DNA of 58,351 bases from Oscillospiraceae bacterium (GTDB lineage: Bacteria > Bacillota > Clostridia > Oscillospirales > Acutalibacteraceae), in NCBI GenBank assembly GCA_029012165.1, contig JAQXLO010000065.1:1-58351 (forward strand), written 5' to 3'. The notes below the pieces were generated by a model that was given only the letters and a program-made list of their open reading frames with translations, ran no database searches and was not told the DNA's origin. Below, in pieces: positions 53,420 to 58,351 of this stretch (position 1 is its first letter; each line of letters opens with the position of its first letter). Position numbers and translations under genes: made by a program.

Positions 53420-54346
53420 TTACAGATCGCCGCAGGTCTCGGCAATGATGAAACGGGGTCTTGCTTTGATCTCGTCATAGATGCGCCCCACATAGAAACC
53501 GAGGATACCGATACCGAGCATACAGCCGCCGCCGATGAGGAGCATCAGCAGGGCAAGTCCCGTGCCCATGCCGACAGCATAGCCCGCAATCAGGCGAATG
53601 AGCGAAACGATGCCCCACACACCGCACACCGCCAGCAGCAGAACACCGAGCACGGTGACGAACTGCATGGGTGCGTTGGAAAAGGCGGAAATATTGTTCA
53701 GCGCATATCGGATCAGGGATTTGGTGGACCACTTGGACTCCCCCGCCTCCCGTTCCCGCACGTCAAAATACACCGTTGCGGTGCGGAACCCCACCCAAGA
53801 GGACAGGGCACGGAAAAATGCCCCCCGCTCCGGCATTCCCAGCAGGGCGTCCACCGCCTTGCGATCCAGCAGTTTGAAGTCGGAGGCGTTCGCCATGTCG
53901 ATGCCGGACGCCTTGCCGATCAGGGCATAAAAGCTGTTGGCGGCAAAGGCGTGCAGTCCGCTCTCCTGCCCCCGGCTGGATTTCTGCCCTTCGATCACCT
54001 CAAAGCCTTGCTGCCAAAGCCTATACATCTCCACGATCTTTTCCGGCGGGTGCTGCAGATCGCAGTCGATGACCACACAGCACTCTCCCTTGGAACGGGA
54101 CAATCCGGCAGCGATGGCAGATTCCTTGCCGAAGTTGCGGGAAAAATGGATGCCGCACACGTTGTGCCGTTCCCCGGCGGCGGCGGTGATCTTTTCCCAT
54201 GTGCCGTCCTTGGAGCCGTCATCCACAAACAGCAGTTCGTTGGGGATGTCCGCTTCCTGTAAAATAGAACTGATCACAGAAGCTGTCTTTTCGATCATCG
54301 CTTCTTCGTTATAAGACGGTATGATAACAGACAAAAGTCCTTGCAT
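53420..54346 (-). CDS. GT2 polyprenyl-phosphate glycosyltransferase (GtrB/ArnC-like)
   Basis: LSVIIPSYNEE, VDDGSKDGT and IDCDLQHPP (DxD), plus two C-terminal TMs. Confidence 0.88.
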   Translation of the reverse strand: MQGLLSVIIPSYNEEAMIEKTASVISSILQEADIPNELLFVDDGSKDGTWEKITAAAGERHNVCGIHFSRNFGKESAIAAGLSRSKGECCVVIDCDLQHPPEKIVEMYRLWQQGFEVIEGQKSSRGQESGLHAFAANSFYALIGKASGIDMANASDFKLLDRKAVDALLGMPERGAFFRALSSWVGFRTATVYFDVREREAGESKWSTKSLIRYALNNISAFSNAPMQFVTVLGVLLLAVCGVWGIVSLIRLIAGYAVGMGTGLALLMLLIGGGCMLGIGILGFYVGRIYDEIKARPRFIIAETCGDL

Positions 54347-54422
54347 ACAGACACTTCCTTTTTTCGGTTATTCCTATCATACAATAGTTTGCAAAAGATT
54401 GCAAGAAATTATTAAAAAGCTA

Positions 54423-54482
54423 TTGACAAGGCGCTGTTGGTGCGATATAATCCAATCAATGAACAAATGAATAGTTGTTCAT
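54423..54482 (+). promoter_or_regulatory. Consensus sigma-A promoter plus perfect palindromic operator upstream of the metal ATPase
   Basis: TTGACA (54423-54428), a 17-nt spacer, then TATAAT (54446-54451). This is followed by ATGAACAA-atgaatag-TTGTTCAT (54459-54482), which has perfect 8-bp arms. Confidence 0.7.
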
Positions 54483-54505
54483 ATGTTTGAGAAGAGGTGT
54501 TTCGG

Positions 54506-56398
54506 ATGTCTGAACATACCCACAATTCTAACTGCGGATGCGGCGAAGAACACGAACATGGCGAACATTCGCTGAAAAGCAGTGTCCTGCGCCTATGTGT
54601 TTCAGCGGTATTCCTTGTTGCCGGGCTGCTCCTGCACCACAAGGGACTGCTGTGGCAGAGCCTTGCCGTCTGCATCCTTGCCTATATCCCTGTCGGCTAT
54701 ACCGTGGTTTGGGAAGCGGTGGAAAACCTGCTGCACGGCAAGCTGTTTGACGAAAACTTTCTGATGACCGTTGCCACTGTCGGCGCCTTTTTCGTGGGCG
54801 AATATCCGGAGGCAGCGGCTGTCATGCTCTTTTACCAGCTCGGCGAGCTGTTTGAGCACATCGCCGTGAACCGCTCCCGTGGCTCCATCGCAGCGCTGAT
54901 GGATATCCGTCCCGACGCCGCACACCGCAAGACGGAAAACGGCACTGAAACCGTCCCGCCCGAAGCCGTTGCCGTCGGGGATATCCTGGTCGTGTCCCCC
55001 GGCGAACGCATCCCCTTGGACGGCGTGATCCTGTCCGGCACGGCACAGCTGGACACCTCCGCACTCACGGGGGAATCCCTTCCCCGCACGGTGCAGGCGG
55101 GAGACAGTATTCCGGGCGGCTGCATTGATCTGGACGGCGTTTTGGAGATGCGTGCGGAAAAGGTGTATGCAGAATCTACCGTACACAAAATTTTGGAGCT
55201 GGTGGAAAATGCCGCCTCCAAAAAATCCCGCTCCGAATCCTTCATCAGCCGTTTCGCCGCATGGTATACACCCGTTGTCGTGGCGCTGGCCGTCCTGCTG
55301 GCTGTGGTGCCGCCCCTTGTGACGAAGGACGCTTTCTCCGTATGGATCTACCGTGCCCTCAACTTTTTGGTCGTTTCCTGTCCCTGTGCGCTGGTCATCT
55401 CCGTTCCGCTGAGCTTTTTCGGCGGCATCGGCGGCGCTTCCCGCTGCGGCGTGCTGGTCAAGGGCAGCACATATCTGGAAGCCCTGTCCTATGCCGACAC
55501 GGTGGTCTTTGACAAAACCGGCACCCTGACACAGGGTGTGTTCCGTGTCAGCGCCATTCATGCGCAGGGCATGAGTGATGCAGATCTGCTGTACTATGCC
55601 GCCGGTGCGGAGCAGTTCTCCTCCCACCCCATCGCCGTATCCCTGTGCCGGGCGAGCAAAACGGTTCCGGTGCAATCCGATATCCGTGCCATGAAAAACC
55701 ATGCAGGCAAGGGTGTTTCCGCCATCGTCGGCGGCAGAGAAGTGCTGGCGGGCAATGAAAAGCTGATGCAGGAAAGCGGCATTTCCGTTACGGTCCCCCC
55801 GGAAAACGGCACGGTTGTCTATGTGGCTGTGGACGGCGTATACGCAGGTTCCATCGTCATCACCGATGCGCTCAAGCCCGACGCCGCTGAAGCCATCGCC
55901 GCCCTGAAAGCAGACGGCATCCGCACGGTACTGCTGACGGGTGACCGGCAGGAAAATGCGGACGATGCGGCAAAAGCGCTGGGTCTGGACGAAGTACACG
56001 CACAGCTTCTCCCCACGGACAAGGTGGCGCACCTGGAAGCCATTTTGCAAAACAGCCGGGGCAAGGTGATCTATGTGGGCGACGGCATCAACGACGCTCC
56101 CGTGCTCGCCCGTGCCGATATCGGCATTGCCATGGGCAAGCTGGGCAGTGACGCCGCCATTGAAGCGGCGGATGTGGTCATCATGAACGATGCCCTCTCC
56201 AGCATCCGTACCGTGCGCCGCATCTCCGCCAAGACACTGCGCATCGTGCGGGAAAACATCGTCTTTGCCCTTGCAGTCAAAGCGGTGATCCTGCTGTGCA
56301 GTGCGCTGGGGTGGACAGGGCTGTGGATGGCGGTATTCGCCGATGTGGGCGTGTGCCTTCTGGCCGTACTCAACGCCCTGCGGGCACTGCGCAAATAA
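54506..56398 (+). CDS. Heavy-metal (Cd/Zn/Co-type) P1B ATPase
   Basis: His/Cys-rich N-terminus MSEHTHNSNCGCGEEHEHGEH, plus SCPCALVISVP, DKTGTLT, SSHPIA and GDGINDAP. Confidence 0.9.
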   Translation: MSEHTHNSNCGCGEEHEHGEHSLKSSVLRLCVSAVFLVAGLLLHHKGLLWQSLAVCILAYIPVGYTVVWEAVENLLHGKLFDENFLMTVATVGAFFVGEYPEAAAVMLFYQLGELFEHIAVNRSRGSIAALMDIRPDAAHRKTENGTETVPPEAVAVGDILVVSPGERIPLDGVILSGTAQLDTSALTGESLPRTVQAGDSIPGGCIDLDGVLEMRAEKVYAESTVHKILELVENAASKKSRSESFISRFAAWYTPVVVALAVLLAVVPPLVTKDAFSVWIYRALNFLVVSCPCALVISVPLSFFGGIGGASRCGVLVKGSTYLEALSYADTVVFDKTGTLTQGVFRVSAIHAQGMSDADLLYYAAGAEQFSSHPIAVSLCRASKTVPVQSDIRAMKNHAGKGVSAIVGGREVLAGNEKLMQESGISVTVPPENGTVVYVAVDGVYAGSIVITDALKPDAAEAIAALKADGIRTVLLTGDRQENADDAAKALGLDEVHAQLLPTDKVAHLEAILQNSRGKVIYVGDGINDAPVLARADIGIAMGKLGSDAAIEAADVVIMNDALSSIRTVRRISAKTLRIVRENIVFALAVKAVILLCSALGWTGLWMAVFADVGVCLLAVLNALRALRK

Positions 56399-56570
56399 AC
56401 AATCTTTTCACACGGCCATGCCGCTGTCTTTTCATTTTCTTGACAGAATACTGTTTTTGATGTATAGTTTTTGCAGTGAATACGGATAACCTCGGCAAAG
56501 CGGTCGGTGGCGTATGGATTTTTCGACCTGCGCCGAGTGTATTCCGGAACTGTGAGGTGTTTCGGACGCA

Positions 56571-57410
56571 ATGAAAATTGGTGTTGTGGATGTGGGCGGC
56601 GGACTGAGAGGCATTTTCGGTGCCGGCGTTCTGGACTACTGCTTGGAGCACGGCATTCGGTTTGATGTGGGGATCGGCGTGTCCGCCGGGAGTGCAAATC
56701 TGGCGTCCTATGCGGCAGGTCAAGCCCGGCGCAACTATACATTTTATACCGAGTACGCCTTCCGCAAGCAGTATATGAGCATGGATAATTTCCTGCACAA
56801 GCACTCCTTTGTGGACATGGAGTATGTGTACGGCACACTCTGTCGTGCCAACGGTGAAAACCCTCTGGATTACCTTTCCCTGCGGGACAACCCCATGGAG
56901 CTGTATGTGGTCGCCGCAGATGTGCACACGGGAGAACCCATTTATTTCGACAAGCACAACATACAGCAGGATGTGTACGATGTCTTTAAAGCGTCCTCTT
57001 CCATTCCCTTCGTCTGCCCGCCCTACGAGATTCAGGGCGTACCCTACTATGACGGCGCCTTGGCCGATCCGGTGCCCGTGGAAAAAGCCTTTGCGCTGGG
57101 ATGCGACCGTGTGGTGCTGATTTTGACAAAGCCCGAAAGTCTGCGCCTGCGATCCCGAAAAGAGGAGGTTTTGGCGGCGCTTATCCGCAAGCAATATCCC
57201 ATTGCCGCAAAAAACCTGCGTCAAAGAGCCGTGCGATACAACAAAAGCGTGGAGGCGGCACAGGCCTACGCCAAGCAGGGCAAGGTGCTGATCGTGTCCC
57301 CGGACGATACCTGCGGCGTGGATACACTCAAAAAGGATCGAGCCGCCTTGGAAAAGCTGTACCAAAAAGGGTACGCCAGCGGCACCGATATCGCTTGCTT
57401 TCTTGCATAA
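56571..57410 (+). CDS. Patatin-like phospholipase
   Basis: GGGLRG oxyanion motif, GVSAGS (GxSxG) and YYDGALADP catalytic Asp motif. Confidence 0.88.
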   Translation: MKIGVVDVGGGLRGIFGAGVLDYCLEHGIRFDVGIGVSAGSANLASYAAGQARRNYTFYTEYAFRKQYMSMDNFLHKHSFVDMEYVYGTLCRANGENPLDYLSLRDNPMELYVVAADVHTGEPIYFDKHNIQQDVYDVFKASSSIPFVCPPYEIQGVPYYDGALADPVPVEKAFALGCDRVVLILTKPESLRLRSRKEEVLAALIRKQYPIAAKNLRQRAVRYNKSVEAAQAYAKQGKVLIVSPDDTCGVDTLKKDRAALEKLYQKGYASGTDIACFLA

Positions 57411-57520
57411 AAAAGAGACCATCCCGGAATTTGTGTAAACCTCCAAAATGATGTAGAATAGAAGCACCATATTGGATGTAAAAATTTGGTTTGTTCCCTT
57501 GTGCCGATTCCGTTTTGGGT

Positions 57521-57607
57521 TCATTTCTTGGCGAAGCGGAAAGGTTTTCCCACATTCAGGACAAAACTTCGCTTCTCCTGCGTTTTTTCACATTTCGGAC
57601 AATACAT
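57521..57607 (-). pseudogene. 28-codon ORF that looks like the frameshifted head of a zinc-ribbon protein
   Basis: AGGAGGGTG lies 8 nt before ATG 57607. The product is MYCPKCEKTQEKRSFVLNVGKPFRFAKK. Shifting frame by one at about codon 13 gives KFCPECGKT, which completes a CPxC...CPxCG ribbon. Confidence 0.35.
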
Positions 57608-58066
57608 TTTTATACACCCTCCTTACAATAAAACCCTCTTTCACAATCTGCGGTGATCGGGATAAATTCACATACCGCACGACCATGGGTGGGCTATGTC
57701 TGATTATTCTTGCACAGTCTGTATAGTTTCCGATTTCCTATGCAGACGGTGTATTGCAGCGGTTTCTTCGCTTGTTATACGCTTCGCCGTATCAACGTCC
57801 TGCTGTGTCTCATTTTCTCCGATTCAAAAAATGCAGTTCCGGCGAAGCTGCAAACATAATATGTATTGTCAATACTTTTTCTGAAAAAATTGAAAAAGTT
57901 AGCGAAAACAGGATGAATCTCTCATCTTCACAAATGTATGGGCGGACAAGCCGTGGTGTGGCTTGCCCGCCTGTTTTCATTTGATATTCGTGTTTATGCA
58001 AAAGACACAAAGCTTTTATTCCGCAAAAACGCAGGAGGAGAAGGAGCTTTCGGCGAGAACGAGAGG

Positions 58067-58103
58067 ACAGGTGCGGGCATACAGACCGCACCTGTATTTT
58101 TTT
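58067..58103 (+). terminator. Rho-independent terminator whose T-tract was the MITE copy-4 target
   Basis: ACAGGTGCGG-gcatacaga-CCGCACCTGT followed by ATTTTTTT. Confidence 0.65.
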
Positions 58104-58332
58104 GGTTCATCACGGATTTTTGTGGGATTAAAAGTTTCGCTCAAGCCTTTTTAAAGGCTTGCGGATTCCAAAGGCGGCGCCTTTGGTCGCCGACCGCAGT
58201 CGGCGAAATCCTAACAAAAGAAAAGCGCAGGAGGGGAGCTAAAACAGTCCGGTGGACTGTTTTGGCGTGGGGAACCCTCGCCGGGGGTTCCCCGGTGCGA
58301 AGCACAAATCCCACAATTTTCTGTGAGGTGCG
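58104..58332 (-). mobile_element. MITE-like structured repeat, copy 4 (inverted orientation)
   Basis: About 90 percent identical by eye to copy 2 over its full length when reverse-complemented. It is flanked by the identical 8-mer ATTTTTTT (58096-58103 and 58333-58340). Confidence 0.85.
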
Positions 58333-58351
58333 ATTTTTTTGCATATTTTTA

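Noticed and set aside
56571-57410. Patatin-like phospholipase as a possible CBASS or other defence effector
   Set aside because: There is no CD-NTase, cyclase, sensor or other defence-associated gene adjacent. The size and motifs fit ordinary housekeeping-type patatins.
4701-58332. Whether the repeated GC-rich hairpins could be a CRISPR array or cas-less CRISPR remnant
   Set aside because: The copies are 11-24 kb apart, not in a regularly spaced array. Each is 230-375 bp with terminal inverted repeats and target duplications. No cas genes are present.

Overview
This is a GC-rich chromosomal window that looks like a spore-forming Clostridia genome, possibly Oscillospiraceae/Ruminococcaceae-like. 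That placement is an inference from the spoIVA, spoIIP, gpr, SpoVAC/AEB-type and alpha/beta-SASP genes and the codon bias. No search was run; every call rests on reading the translations and the DNA by eye.

I support about 60 genes.
- Core genes: a NuoE/NuoF/GltD-like flavin-FeS operon, rpsT, glmU, pth, trmL, metA, ddl-DUF1934-argS, tRNA-Thr(CGU), and an FMN riboswitch in front of ribU.
- Accessory genes: a GH38 mannosidase, a six-hairpin glycosidase-like protein, an S51 peptidase, a ZIP transporter, a CPC-type P-type ATPase, a patatin, an enoate-reductase-type flavoenzyme, a GT2 plus GT-C-like glycosylation pair, an OmpR/HK pair, a TetR regulator, and a PlsC-like acyltransferase/AMP-ligase/ACP module.
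- There is also an unusually large set of secreted, lipoprotein and surface proteins.

I found no rRNA, CRISPR, integrase, transposase, prophage or recognisable defence system.

The signals most worth a second look are:
1. A translationally coupled HprK-like kinase / PqqD-type RRE / S24-S26 peptidase cassette, with no cyclase, rSAM, exporter or obvious precursor. It sits beside two large secreted repeat proteins.
2. A family of at least 8 secreted proteins (5 in tandem) that share a stereotyped signal peptide and a C-terminal amphipathic helical tail in place of any known anchor.
3. Four copies of a highly structured MITE-like element of 230-375 bp, with about 26-bp terminal inverted repeats and 8-bp target-site duplications.
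4. Four paralogous lipoprotein or membrane-anchored genes inserted between glmU and pth.
5. A cohesin-headed protein carrying eight H-x10-C-x9-C-x2-C repeats.

Many long ORFs in the supplied track are antisense shadow ORFs typical of GC-rich DNA, and I rejected them.
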